This document shows positions 39,475 to 51,886 of a DNA stretch of 64,000 nt, one piece after another. The DNA is from Octopus vulgaris (Eukaryota). The translations under genes and the position numbers were made by a program. How positions within the stretch are numbered: position 1 is the first letter of the stretch; each line of letters starts with the position of its first letter. The stretch is taken from positions 93,186,001 through 93,250,000 of the forward strand of contig OX597818.1 in the NCBI GenBank assembly GCA_951406725.2. Reading direction: 5' to 3'. The notes beneath the pieces were generated by a model. That model made no database searches, was not told where the DNA came from, and saw only the letters and a list, made by a program, of their open reading frames with translations.

Positions 39475-40541
39475 GCGCGCGCGCTGTGACGTAGCTAGTG
39501 TGCTGTTCGGGGCAGCCGTTGAGTTTGCTGCTATTCCCGGACCTCCTAACCTATGCAGGCTTGTACAGCAGACACAAAGGTGCCAGCCCCTTAACAACGT
39601 CATCCCTAGCGGACTGCCCCAGCCGCGTCTCCCCTACCTCACTCCCGGACACTCCCTACGCTACTGACTACATGCATATACAGAGCAGAACTCTGTAACC
39701 TTTTTTCACTTGCAGTACACTTATATTCTTTTCAAAATTCGGCGGCACACCTGAACTAAACATACAACTAAAAATATAGGGGAAAAATTATATTCAGGTT
39801 ACACTGCGGCACACCAGTGTGCCGTGCCATACCGGTTGCGGAGCACTGATATAGACTGATAGATTGGTTGTAGTGTCTTTGTGTACGCATCGGATATAGA
39901 AACAGGATTTCCAGATACTTTGTATCCTTACGGTGACGTTCCCAAATTCTCAACTGGATTTGTACTCTGCAATGCAAACTAGCAATCCTCAGTTCTACAG
40001 CACAGCGTTACTTCTTGAAGCTACAAATTGTTAACAACCTGCTGTGCAGACGAATTGCATCATTTGTGAGTTTCTTGACCTAGGCTGCAACACTCCAGCC
40101 TCTCAAAGTGACCAACCAAATCAACTCTTCTTTAATATCAGAGGTTTTAAAGTAGGGTTGTGGGGGTTTTTTTGGGTTTTTTTTTAACAGAGATCTTGCG
40201 ATTTTACCTTTTTCATCACAAGGACACAATACTGCATATATCAAAGATACAGACTTGTGTCCTGTTCTCTGTACACATTAACAACACTAAAATTTAGGCT
40301 TCACAATTTCTCGTGCAGAACCCAATAGGATTGTTTCAGCAGCATTATAGGTCTCCAGGCAAATCACTGTACTGGACCCTATAGTATTTATGTACTGACA
40401 GCAAGACAATATACATGTATCAGAATTAGGTTTCCAGTCTTGGGAGACAATCCCAGGCGTCTGCGCAGTGTGCTCTTGCATTAAGACGGCACACATGTAC
40501 ACGATGGCAGAAACGTCACGTCTCGTTTTTTCTTAAAATTT

Positions 40542-40850
40542 CGGTGTATTTGGAGATTGTTTATTACTGAAAGAGTTTTTCTTAGAGATAACTCTAAAGG
40601 AGGGGGCGAAAACCACTCACTAGGAATGGTCAAAGCTAAAATGGGAAAAAGTTCGCGACTCCTTTAGTGCGCCTGGACATTTACACTTTGGTGTGCGGTC
40701 TGCGTGGCTATTTACGTGCAGTCTATCCTTAACTTTAATCCTAACCATTACTCTTAGCCCTAATCTTTACCCTAAACACTAACCCTAATCTTAGCACAGA
40801 TCAGCGTAGACGACGGATACTTCGGTAGAGTGCACGATTAAGTAACACCG
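40542..40850. mobile_element. Unclassified short insertion with 6-bp TIR, 7-bp direct flanks and internal degenerate (CCCTAA)n
   Basis: aaaattt|cggtgt ... acaccg|aaaattt; telomere-like hexamers at about 40727-40793. Confidence 0.55.
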
Positions 40851-40999
40851 AAAATTTGGCGCCATCCTGTATACATCGCCAAAACGGCACCACAGGTGGA
40901 ATAAACATCAGAGATGTTTTGCCCCACGCGGAAACTGCAAGAGATACTCAAGTTTTGCTATCTTTTCTAAATCCATAGCAATGCTGGAAAGCCTTTCGT

Positions 41000-41480
41000 A
41001 TCGTCAGCAGTTATCTCAGGGTCACAAGCGTCTATCCTCTTAGCCTGTACACTTCATCGGAGTTGGGCAACGTGGACTGAGCTAGTCTTCACCTATTTGC
41101 TACCTCTTAACAACCACAGCCATCTTGAGCTAGTTTCAGCTACCGTACCTATTTCCTTAATGGCTTTCTTCAATTGTTTGGGTTCCAGACCTGTCTTCTG
41201 TAGGAAATAATACACTGATCTAGATGGGAAGCCGCAAAGACTTGAGCGAGAAAATACTTCAGTTCTTGTCAGTTGCTGACCTTACATAGATCTTAAGTAA
41301 GAGTGCTAGAGTACTGCTCACGTTTCTAGGACAGTTCAGCTGTTTCACACACGAACATCCTAAACCACATCTAAAAGAAAGCCATTCAAGTGATTACCAA
41401 CGATTCAATTACCTTCGTTCTTCAATCATTAGAGCTGGAATTCCCTACCCCTCCCACCTGTATTTTTCCCGTACAAGTTG
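41000..41480 (-). mobile_element. RLE-type (HERO-like) non-LTR retrotransposon 3' remnant
   Basis: Minus strand gives GLEPKQLKKAIKEIGTVAETSSRWLWLLRG*, resembling the AE.ASRWLW C-terminus of HERO elements. Confidence 0.6.
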
Positions 41481-41692
41481 GAAGTGAACATTCAGCTACA
41501 GCAATATCTCCAGTGTGGAAATCCAACAAAAATTTAATATGAACACTGTATCTTTTGCTTTGGCTCAAATTAACATTAGGAAACTCTTGGCTGGCTGAAC
41601 TGTTTCTTAATCATTCCGCTATTCGCGTTCCCTTTCTCTCCCCCTCTCTCAATTACACTCACGTGTGTGTGTGTATCGATGTTTATATATTG

Positions 41693-41725
<33 letters not shown>

Positions 41726-41899
41726 GCAAAACGCCCCCCGTCCAAAACATGAGTTGTCAAACATTTAAACCAAATTTTCTCAAAACAACTTGTCCAACCA
41801 TCCCATAGGTGTCCCCTTTGAGAAACACTGATTTAACGTAAATTTGAGACACCAGCAAAAGAAGAAATAAAGATAAACTTTTTTTCTATTCCAAAGAAA

Positions 41900-42240
41900 A
41901 ACGATTTCATTCACACAAATATGCAAAAGACTATGTACTGCATTTTGTGGCATTATTTCAAGCCAGCCTGCTTTTTTTTGCGCAAACTGCACGTGCATTT
42001 TTCTCGCGTATGCGTAGTATCGATCGCAACAGCTGATGTACTAACGCGTACAAATTCACGTTCCCACGGCTTTATCAATCGCATTCGCACCTGGAATCGA
42101 TTTTTGTTATTTTTTCAAGATTTATACACACCCTGATACCGTCGGTATCTACATATCAAATTTGAGAGCAATCGGATGGAGGATGCCCGAGATCCTAGAA
42201 GACACACAGACTGACAGACAGAACGAAATTTTGTGTATAG
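41900..42240 (-). mobile_element. Helitron/Helentron-like non-autonomous fragment
   Basis: Minus strand ctatacacaaaatttcgttctgtctgtc...ccatccgattgctctcaaatttg is typical of such 5' regions; ends not verified. Confidence 0.4.
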
Positions 42241-42840
42241 TAACATAGTTTTTGGAGAACATTTTTCTAACATAACGACTTAAATATATTCTTTAACCTT
42301 ACAAAACATGCCTTCTGTAGTTTTTTCACTCTTTTCTATTTTTATACATTCCAACCACGTGCTTTCACATACCAACTTTCTCACCTATATATATATATAT
42401 ATATATATATTTATGTACGTGTGTATGAAGGCGCGTGACCTTGTGGTTGGGGTATTACATTTGAGATCTAGCGATTGTGGGTTCGGTTGCCGGACCGAGC
42501 GGCCTTTTTGTGTTCTTGAGCACTTCATTTCGCGTTGCTTCACTCTACTCAGATGTAAATGAGTAACTCTGCGACAGACTAGCCTTCCGATCAGTGGGAA
42601 TGTTATCCTGCTCGCTTAGTTTAAGTGCTAACGCACGAAACTCTCCGCACTTACGTCACACTGTTACTTCAGCCAAATATTGATTTTAAATTTTGGCACA
42701 AGGCCAGCAATTTCAGAGGAGACGGTAACTTAATTACATCGACCACTGTGCTCAGCTGGTACTTACTTTATCAACCTGTAAGTATCAAAGGCCAAGTTGA
42801 CCTCAGCAGAATTTGAACTCAGAAGATTAGGACGGATGAA

Positions 42841-43078
42841 TGAAATACCTATTTCTTTACTACCCACAAGGGGCTAAACACAAAGAGAACAAACAAGGAC
42901 AGACAAACGGATTAAGTCGATTACATCAACCCCAGTGCGTAACTGGTACTTAATTTATCGACCCCGAAAGGATGAAAGGCAAAGTCGAGCTCGGCGGAAT
43001 TTGAACTCAGAACGTAACGGCAGACGAAATACGGCTACGCATTTCGCCCGGCGTGCTAACGTTTCGGCCAACTCACCG
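42841..43078 (-). mobile_element. SINE family D, CpG-rich
   Basis: Matches 58740-58978. Confidence 0.85.
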
Positions 43079-43079
43079 T

Positions 43080-43628
43080 TTGTTGACTAAACCCCCTCTC
43101 TCATGTATCCCCACAAGAAAGTATCCGGGCTAGTCAAGTCTGGGGAACGTGAAGGCCAGTTGACACTGCCGTAGTGGGAGATTATTTTCTCTCCAAAGTA
43201 CTGTCGTAGCAACTACATGGTTTCTCTTACGGTTGTGGCAGTTACCCTGTCTTGCTGGGACCATGTGTGAGGTCTATCTTGAATGGCCTTCACGTTCCCT
43301 AGACTTGACTTGTCCGGAGACAACAAACCGAAGACCCTAGTGCAACTGAAGGAGAACTTCAATAGAGAAATCAAAGAAGTGGGGTCTGAAACTCTTGAGG
43401 ATGTTATGGAGCACGTTTTGGAAAGAGGACGGGCGTGCAAAGCCAAAAATGGCTGCCGTTTAAGCGATGTCATTTTTCATATATGATGTAGTGGAGTTGC
43501 AAAATTTGACTTATGCATATTAATTTCCATTATGTTCTTTATATTGTATCAAACTTTCATGCACATATCTGTAAAGTTAAGGAAGTTATTAAAAGTTGAA
43601 AACCATCAATGACTTTTGGGACACCCTG
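43080..43628. mobile_element. Rearranged DD41D (rosa/Visitor-type) Tc1/mariner remnant
   Basis: Minus strand 43270-43100: WSQQD-41 aa-D (...NWPSRSPDLTSPDTFLWGYM). Plus strand 43284-43486: C-terminus NKPKTLVQLKEN...GCRLSDVIFHI. Right TIR ttttgggacaccctg. Confidence 0.8.
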
Positions 43629-43664
43629 TGTATGTGTGTGTGTATATATATGCACACGCACACA

Positions 43665-43899
43665 CAGTCGGCCAAAAGTCACCTGACAATAAATCAAACT
43701 TAATTTAATTTCAAGATTAAAACAAAGTTATTTTATATGAGACTTCGCTAATAAGTAGACAAATGTTGAAAAAAAAAATGGTGATTTTTAACTCACAGTA
43801 TTCAATTATTAAACATTCATAATTGGAATGAATAAATAAAATTGAATATTAAGTATTTATGGAATTTTGATTTACTGTCGAGCGACTTTTAGCCAACAC
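43665..43899. mobile_element. Tc1-like MITE
   Basis: About 33-bp imperfect TIRs gtcggccaaaagtcacctgacaataaatcaaa / tttgatttactgtcgagcgacttttagccaac. Confidence 0.7.
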
Positions 43900-44002
43900 A
43901 TACAGGTTAGGTGCCTCCGGTCAGCCGGTCTAATGAGTCGCCTATATTGCTAAAAGCAATGATAGGTTCTGACCGGCCATAACCAAAGACTATATAACAT
44001 AC

Positions 44003-44341
44003 GAAGCCTGCTTCCCAACCACATGGTTCCAGGTTCAGTCCTACTACGTAGCACTTTGGGCAAGTGTCTTCTACTATAGCCTTGGGCCAGCCAAAGACTT
44101 GTGAGCGGATTTGGTAGATGGTAATTGGAAGAAGCTGGTCATATATATATGTGTGTCACCACCGCTTGACAACCGGTGTTGGTGTGTTTTCGTCACTGTA
44201 ACTTAGCGATTCGACAAAAAGGACCAATAGAATAAGTACTAGGGTTTAAAAAAATGTCCTGGGGTTGATTTGTTCGACTAAAACCCTTTAAGGCGGCGTC
44301 CCAGCATGGCCGCAGTCAAATGACTGAAACAAGTAAAAGAT
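44003..44341 (+). mobile_element. SINE family A
   Basis: Matches the family A body and tail. Confidence 0.85.
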
Positions 44342-44546
44342 ACATACATACTCAGGCTTACTCAGATGTAAATGAGTAACTCTGCGACAGACCAGCCTTC
44401 CGATCAGTGGGAATGTTATCCTGCTCGTTTAGTTTAAGTGCTAACGCACGAAACTCTCCGCACTTATGTCACACTGTTACTTCAGCCAAATATTGGTTTT
44501 AAATTTTGGCACAAGGTCAGCAATTTCATGGGAGACGGTAACTTAG

Positions 44547-44950
44547 AGATGACCCGGAAGTTGTTCCTCTTCAATTACTATCGTAAAGAGCAGTAACTTT
44601 CTTCAATTGAATACACGTCGTTGATTGGTTGAAATTACCCAAATGCGACAACTTTAACACGAAATAACTTCTAAAATAGGAAATTGTCAAAACCGTTCGG
44701 AGTAAACCGTGTTCTGCGTGAGAAATTCTACGAGCATTCGAAGTTTCAAACTGTTGAGTTAAGAAAATTAATTTTAAAAAATCTGTTAGGTACCGGATCG
44801 ATCCCAAAATCTAATCAGTTCGTGCCAGTCACGAGACCAAACATCCTTGAAAGTTTCATCCGAATCCATCCCGCAGTTCTTGAGATATCTTGTCCACGGA
44901 CAAACAAACACGACTGAAAACAATACCTCCGCCTTATATAGGCGGAGATA
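44547..44950. mobile_element. Helentron-associated (HINE-like) fragment
   Basis: aaaatctaatcagttc...aagtttcatccgaatcc...acaaacaaac and terminal hairpin ctccgcct-tatat-aggcggag. Confidence 0.5.
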
Positions 44951-45269
44951 TAAATAAAACTGGCACTTTCTCGGTTACGACAGTGAGTGTTCCAGTTGAT
45001 CCTATCAACGGAACAACCTGATCGTGAAATTAATGTGTAAGTGGCTGAGCGAGCACTCTACAGATACGCGTATCCTTAAGGTAGTTCTCAGGGAGATTCA
45101 GCATGACAAGGCTGGCTCCGTCAAATTCCAGTACTATTCATTTTTGTCAGTTGTGTTGACTGAAGCAACGTGCAATAAAATGTCTTCCTCAAGGACACAA
45201 TGCGCCGCCGAGAATGGAACTCACGACTATACGATCGTGTGCCGAAAGTGGAATTTTTTTTTTTTTTTT

Positions 45270-47015
45270 TTTTTGTGTTTTCGTTGACGGAATTACGGTG
45301 TACTAATATGCTACAAAACCATTTTTGAGTCTGGAAAACGGGGTAGGGTGGAACACTCGATAATTTCACCCCACCCCCATTTTCAAGTATTATTTGCTAT
45401 TTCTTTGCCCATAATCTCTATTTCCATAAACGGCAAAATGTCTGTGTATTTGTATGTCTGTGTGTCCTCTATACAAATCCAGTTTTTCACGTAAAAGGCT
45501 CACATTTTCAATTGACTTTCAAAACTGTCTGAGGGTGGTCGTGAAGATCTTGTCATTTCCCCAGTCACCCCAGAAAGCTATTAAAAAATCGATAAACCGA
45601 CCCATTATGCCCATAAGTTATGGTCATATTCATTCAAGCACTAGCACTAGACCCGGTAACGCCGGGTCATAGTGCTAGTTTTAGATAGCATTTTGCAAAA
45701 ATACGTTTTCGAGAGGGTGTGAATTACATTAGATTGAAAATTCAAAGAAGTTTGAAATGAATAAGTGAAAATGCAGAGGTTATAGAAGTTAGAGTGGTAT
45801 CGAAGCCAGTGGAGAGATAAAGAATAAATAATTAATCTAAAAAAAACACACGTTAGTTTGTGTATGAAACAAATAAAAGTATATTAAAACGAAAATATCT
45901 TTTTCATACCTTTTAAAATTACTGGGTATAATATATAATAGTCCCGAATATAGATTTTTTTCCTTTGCAATTTTTGGTGCCGAAATGTGTTTCATTTTTG
46001 GTGCCGAAATGTGTTTCATTTTTGTGTGGGGAGAGAGAATGATTGAATGGGTAACAGTCTATCATAATTATATATATATATATTATACATCATCAACGTT
46101 TAACGTTTGCTTTCCATGCTAGCATGGGTTGGACGGTTTGACTGAGGACTGGCAAGCCAGGAGGCTGCAATGAGACTGCAGTCTGTTCTGACAAGTTTTC
46201 TACAGCTGGATGCTCTTCCTAACGCCAACCACTCCGAGAGTGTAGTGGATGCTTTCCAAGTGTGACTGGCACGGGAGACAAGGAAAGACATTCAGCTTTA
46301 GAAACCTTGTCAGAACAGACTGCAGCCTCCTGGTTTGCCAGTCCTCAGTCAAACCGTCAAACCCATGCCAGCATGGAAAGCAAACGTTAAACGATGATGA
46401 TGGATAATAACATATATATAATTATGATACTGTTACCCATTCAATGTTTAGGTAAACTTCGTCACCCACTCACTCTCTCTTTCTCGCTCTTTCTCTCACT
46501 CACTCACTATTTCTTTCTCACTCACTTTCTCTCTCCTCACACAAAAATGAAACATATTTCGGCGCCAAAAGGTGCAAAGCGAAAATCTATATTTGGGACC
46601 ATTATACATATTATATCCAGTGATTTTAAAAGGTATGAAAAAGATATTTTCGTTTTAATATACTTTTACTTGTTTCATACACAAACTAACGTGTGTTTTT
46701 TTTTTTTTAAGATTAATTATTTATCATTCTTTATCTCTCCACTGGCTTCGATACCACTCTAACTTCTATAACCTCTGCATTTTCACTTATTCATTTCAAA
46801 CTTCTTTGAATTTTCAATCTAATGTAATCCACACTCTCTCGAAAACGTATGTTTGCAGAATGTTATCTAAAATTATGGGTAAAGAAAAAAATAGCAAAAA
46901 ATACCTGAAAATGGGGGGTGGGGGTGAAATTGTCGAGGGTTCCACCCTACCCCGTTTTCCGGACCCAAAACGGGTTTTGTTGCATATTAGGAGGTCGCCG
47001 GAATTCAGTAAACGA
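45270..47015. repeat. Large diverged inverted duplication centred in a family B SINE (centre about 46210-46290)
   Basis: Arms pair through the SINE tail and on into roughly 500 bp of flank; ORF track shows the same peptide at 45837..46019 (-) and 46394..46762 (+). Confidence 0.9.
45415..45678 (+). mobile_element. 264-bp non-autonomous Helitron
   Basis: a|TCtcta... 5' end; hairpin gacccgg-taacg-ccgggtc; CTAG|t; the empty site is visible in the opposite arm at 46861-46886. Confidence 0.92.
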
Positions 47016-47455
47016 AAAAGAAAAAATATTTCCAATGATTCCGGGATATGGGAGGGACTCCGGTTCCACCCCAACTTTTTTTCCGAACAAAAATGAGTTT
47101 GCTGCATATTAGGAGGTCAGGGTACTTGATTCCATGCAAAAATTCCGAGGTTTTTTTCTTCTTAGGGGTGAAAAGATCAATGGGGGTGAGAGGTGAAATT
47201 TTCGAGGCTTCCACCCCACTCCATCCCGTTTTCCGGACCCCAAAAAGGGTTTTGTAGTATATTAGGTGGTCACCGGGATTCATTCAACGAAAAAAAATTT
47301 CCAATGATTCCGGGAAATGGGGGGTCCGGTCCCCCACCCGGCCTTTTTTCCGAACAAAAATAAGGTGTTTGCAGCATAAAAGGTCAGGGTACTTGATTCC
47401 ACGCTAAAAATCTGAGTTTTTTTTTTTCTTTTTCCTTAGTGAAAATCGTGCGGGT
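46921..47455. repeat. Two diverged tandem units of about 270 bp
   Basis: ggtgaaatt.tcgagg.ttccacc...ccaatgattccggg...ggtcagggtacttgattcca repeated. Confidence 0.8.
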
Positions 47456-47626
47456 GAAAGGATAAAATAATACCAAATTTTTATCCCCGATATTTATTCT
47501 ATCATTCTCTTTTATCCAAACTGCTAAGAAATTACGGTGACATAAACTAAACATCAGGTGCCAAACGGTGGGGAAAACACACGCATGTACTCTCCCCCCC
47601 TCTCTATCTATCTATCAATCTATCTG

Positions 47627-47686
<60 letters not shown>

Positions 47687-48015
47687 CCTCGTTCTCTGTC
47701 ATACACACACACACATATATATATACACGTTTATGAATTTGTGTTGTAAGATTCTTGATGTGAAATCGTGTTGAAACTAATATTGTTTCTGGATGGTCTT
47801 TTTTTTCCATGCATGTTTATTTGGCAAAATAAAAAAATAAAAATGGCCATCCCGAAATACAATATATATATATATATATATATATATTAAGGTATGTAGA
47901 AAAATACAACATGGACAAGAACGTATAACTCTTAGAAGACGATACAATAAACACGGACAGGACATTCGAAACCCTCAGTCTTCAGTCAAGAACCGGATCA
48001 TCGTAGTAATTTCGG

Positions 48016-48067
<52 letters not shown>

Positions 48068-48491
48068 TCTTCCATACAGTCTACCTGATTCTTTTAAGGT
48101 ATATACACACACGTCACCGATGATGTCCAAGGAAAAAGGAAAACCAGTACGAATTGACATCTATGTAAGCTGAGCCGGAAGAGACAGTGCAAAGCATCTC
48201 ATCCGATCCTCTGCCAATCCACCGCCATAAAATTGGTACATTTTTTATCGACCTCCGAAAAGATTTTTCTTTTCGTATGCATAAACAATTTCTGGCCTTC
48301 GACCAGCCTCTTTCTATGTTTGCGTATTTGTGCACACATACTGGGTGGGTGGATCGATGGGACCCCACTCTGTTTTTCTATTTCTCAGTTGCTCTACTAC
48401 AAATCTCAAGGCGAAGGTTGAACTCAGAGCGCAGAGAATCGGAACATATACCGTGATAAACATGCCAATTTGTCATATATATATTTTTTTT

Positions 48492-48690
48492 TTTGTTTCA
48501 GTCATTTGACTGCGGCCATGCTGGAGCACCGCCTTTAGTCGAGCAAATCGACCCCAGGACTTATTCTTTGTAAGCCTAGTACTTATTCTATCGCCCTCTT
48601 TTGCCGAACCACTAAGTTACGGGGACGTAAACACACCAGCATCGGTTGTTAATCGATGTTGGGGGGACAAACACAGCCACTCCTGCGCCT
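48492..48690 (-). mobile_element. SINE family A, internally deleted, CpG-rich
   Basis: 3' half joined directly to the head (acacagccactcctgcgcct). Confidence 0.85.
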
Positions 48691-48705
48691 ATATATATAT
48701 ATATA

Positions 48706-48742
<37 letters not shown>

Positions 48743-49460
48743 CAATCTGTTATGAATGCCACACCTAACACTGCCTACAACCTACATGCAATTTTTAAGA
48801 TGCTACGATAAAAATTTGGGAGAACGTTTTCCTGCTAATTTTTAACTGGTCGAACGATCGTCGCAAAGATTCTTTGGAGGCTGCGCCTAAAATCGTTTAG
48901 CCGACCAACTCCGATATAGTCTGCTCGATCAGTCTGACCTGGGGACTACCATAGCGCAACAACGTTAAGGTCATTCACCTTAATCATAATTTGAATCTTC
49001 GCTCACTTTCTGTGATGTCGCTGCACACAACTTCTTTTACTCTCACTATCACCATGTCACCTTCTCTCTCACAGCTTTTCTTTTCTTTTCTGCTTGTTTC
49101 CCCATCATTCTTTCTTTCTTTATTGCTTTCCCCGTCTCTCTCTCTCTCTCTGTTCTTTTCTACTTATAACCCATACTCTTTTCATCTCCTTCCCTGTCTC
49201 CCAGTCTCTCACCTTATTTCTCTATTCTCTCGTTCTCCCGGTCTCTTGTTTCTCTCGTCTTTTTATCTTGGTTCTTCTACCACAATACTCTCTTTCTTTA
49301 TTTTCGTCTCCCTCTTCGCATTTCTACTACCGGCATTCAACACTATTCCAAACTATTATAAATGTTATGGTGAGAACAACACTCACCTCACTCGCATACA
49401 CACCACACACATTGTCACATACGTATATATTAATACATTTCACTCTTTCTCTCTCACTAT

Positions 49461-49487
<27 letters not shown>

Positions 49488-49491
<4 letters not shown>

Positions 49492-49806
49492 CTCAACTTA
49501 CGTCGTTAATTGTTCCAAGACGTACGACTTAACTCGAAAAGCGACGTAACTTTTTTTTTTTTTTGAATTAGCTCATATCTGTTTTCATAAATTGTACATA
49601 TTTTCACGTGTATTTCATTTGAATTCCGACTTCAGTATTTTAGGATTTTTAAAGTTTTTTTTAAAATTTCTATGCTTCAAAATATGTTCGCTGAGACGGA
49701 CACACGATCGAATAAACCGACTGAAGTCGGTTAATTTTATATACAAAAGAAAACAATGACGGCCAGTCGAAAAAGACGTAACTCGAAACGACGTAATTTG
49801 AAGTAT
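49488..49806. mobile_element. pogo/Tigger-like MITE
   Basis: TIRs atacctcaacttacgtcgtt / aacgacgtaatttgaagtat and subterminal cgacgtaac repeats. Confidence 0.65.
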
Positions 49807-51134
49807 GTTTGCTTGTATGTGTGTAGGGGGGAGGAAGAATAATATAACTTCAACTCAAGTTGGCTGCATCAGTTAATGAGATTTATAAAATAAAATAGAT
49901 TGGTGTGGACAGATCTTAATCTTATTTTTGGAATTTTGTGGCCATTGTCTTGTACAACAATAACAATGCTCAGCAAAATATCCGGGGAAACTACACTGTC
50001 TTATCTTGTCTTCAACAATCTTATGTAACTTCATTGCTCGTCTCTCTCGAATTATTTGTTCTGTTTATTAGTCTGTCAGTCTGTCTTTGTCTCTGTCTGT
50101 CTGCCCGTCTTTGTCTCTGTCTACCTGTCTGTGTGCCTATTTGTCTACCTATTTATCTATCTGCTTCTCTCTCTCATTAACTAGCTAGCTAACTAGCTTG
50201 CTTGTTAGCTATCTGAGTATCACTAGTGAAGTGGCTAGCTGGCTTGCTAGCCAAATAGATGTTGCCAATTGTCTGTCTAACTATCTGTCTATCTCTCTAT
50301 TTGATTGTCCATCAGTTAATCTGCATTACATGGAGAAAGAACTATTGCTCACACCATCACTACAAACTATTATGCTGCCCATCTGGTTGCTACAGACCAC
50401 AACACTTGATGCTCTGCACTGCAATTTGTGCTGCAGTCTTCTGTTGCTTTCATAAAAATATATAAATCAGCTGCATTGTCATGATGCTACTACTACTGCT
50501 ATTGCTGCTGCTGTTTTCTATACCACTACTACTGCCAAAGCCATGAACCAACAAAGAAACCTGTACATGCAAAATAACAGCCAAATAACCCTATCATCTA
50601 AGGGAATGGCCATGACAGCAACAGCTTTCTTCTTAACAGTGCTTGATTCAGAGGTGACCAAGGGTCTTAACACTGTCATTACCATCAACAGCAACACCAC
50701 CGTCACTGCCATTACAGCTGCAATTGCTGCTGCTGCTGTTGTTGTTAAGCAACATGACAGGTAAGGGTGATTAGGTGATGGTCTAGGGCTTAGTGGCGGG
50801 AGACCCCAGACCTTGGGAAAAAAAAAACTTTGGTCATCTTGTTGTAGTTGAGGGCTCTTCGTTGACGCCCGACACCACTGAGAGATGACCCTCAAAGTCG
50901 CTGGATATGGAGATCTCCAGGTCCAAATTCTTGGACGGCTGCTGCTGCTACTACTACTGCTGCTGCTACTGTTGCTGCTGTTATTTATAATAATTCAAAT
51001 GAATGCTATTTTTTCAGTCCCATACTTACAAACTATTCATAATTGTCTCTTAACTTAATGATCTTGAGTTCAAATCACTCTACCACAGCCATTGTGTTGT
51101 ACTTCTGAGTAAATACACATATTTATACCTGCCA

Positions 51135-51365
51135 CAGACTGTCTACTTCATGATTGACTGGTTGCTGTTAGAAAGGGCATCCGTCTGTGAAAACCACAAA
51201 ACTCTGTTACAGCTATATCTCTATGACAATTGTTGCTTCATAGTTGAGTGGTTGCTGTTAGAAAATCACAAGACTTTATTCCAACTATATCTGCATGATA
51301 CTGTCTACTTCACAGTTGAGTGATTGCTGTTAGAAAGGGCATCCAGCTGTGAAAACCACAAGACT
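51135..51365. repeat. Three degenerate tandem units derived from family B body
   Basis: ctacttca...gttgctgttagaaa(gggcatcc...)aaccacaa repeated. Confidence 0.7.
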
Positions 51366-51562
51366 GTAACAAAAGTCTGATGAGCACACACTATACATCT
51401 GTACTTTAGGTGTAACAACCAGGAACTGATGTGGCCTACTGGCTCAAAAACTTCTGCACGTGCATGGATAAGGTGGCATCACTTCCTACCTAAAACAATT
51501 TTGGCCACGCAGCATTTGTTGTGGCAGTAAAACATAAAGTTGGATACTTTTTGAATGCACCT

Positions 51563-51593
<31 letters not shown>

Positions 51594-51783
51594 TGGGGAG
51601 GATATGAGGAGTTTTTGAACAAGATGACTCAAACTAATAGGTATGCATTCTGAGTGCTCAAATAAGTGTGCTGCCAAAATTCCAGTTAGGGCAGCAGTTG
51701 AAGTTGTAGTTATGTGATTATCTTGATCAAAGATGGCTAGAGGTGGCATCCCTTTGAGTCAGTAGGTTTGGGCTAAAGTATTG

Positions 51784-51886
51784 AGGAAAAGCAAACAATT
51801 GGCAAGGCAGGACAAGGACAATTTAGATTGAATTAAATGAAATTAAATGTCCTCATCCTGCCTTGCCTAATTGTTTGCCTTTTCTC
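51784..51886. repeat. Short hairpin, about 40-bp arms
   Basis: gaaaagcaaacaattggcaaggcagga versus tcctgccttgcctaattgtttgccttttc. Confidence 0.8.

Larger units (their letters stand above)
42546..44545. repeat. 187-bp direct duplication (42546-42732 / 44359-44545)
   Basis: tactcagatgtaaatgagtaac...gacggtaactta occurs twice with few substitutions. Confidence 0.9.

Noticed and set aside
40727-40793. Telomere or chromosome-fusion relic
   Set aside because: Short, degenerate and enclosed in a TIR/TSD-bounded insertion.
50543-50764. ORF ending at CAG|GTAAGG as a further exon of the SH3 gene
   Set aside because: Low-complexity Thr/Ala sequence amid (GCT)n/(ACT)n repeats, no clear acceptor or domain; RNA-seq would be needed.
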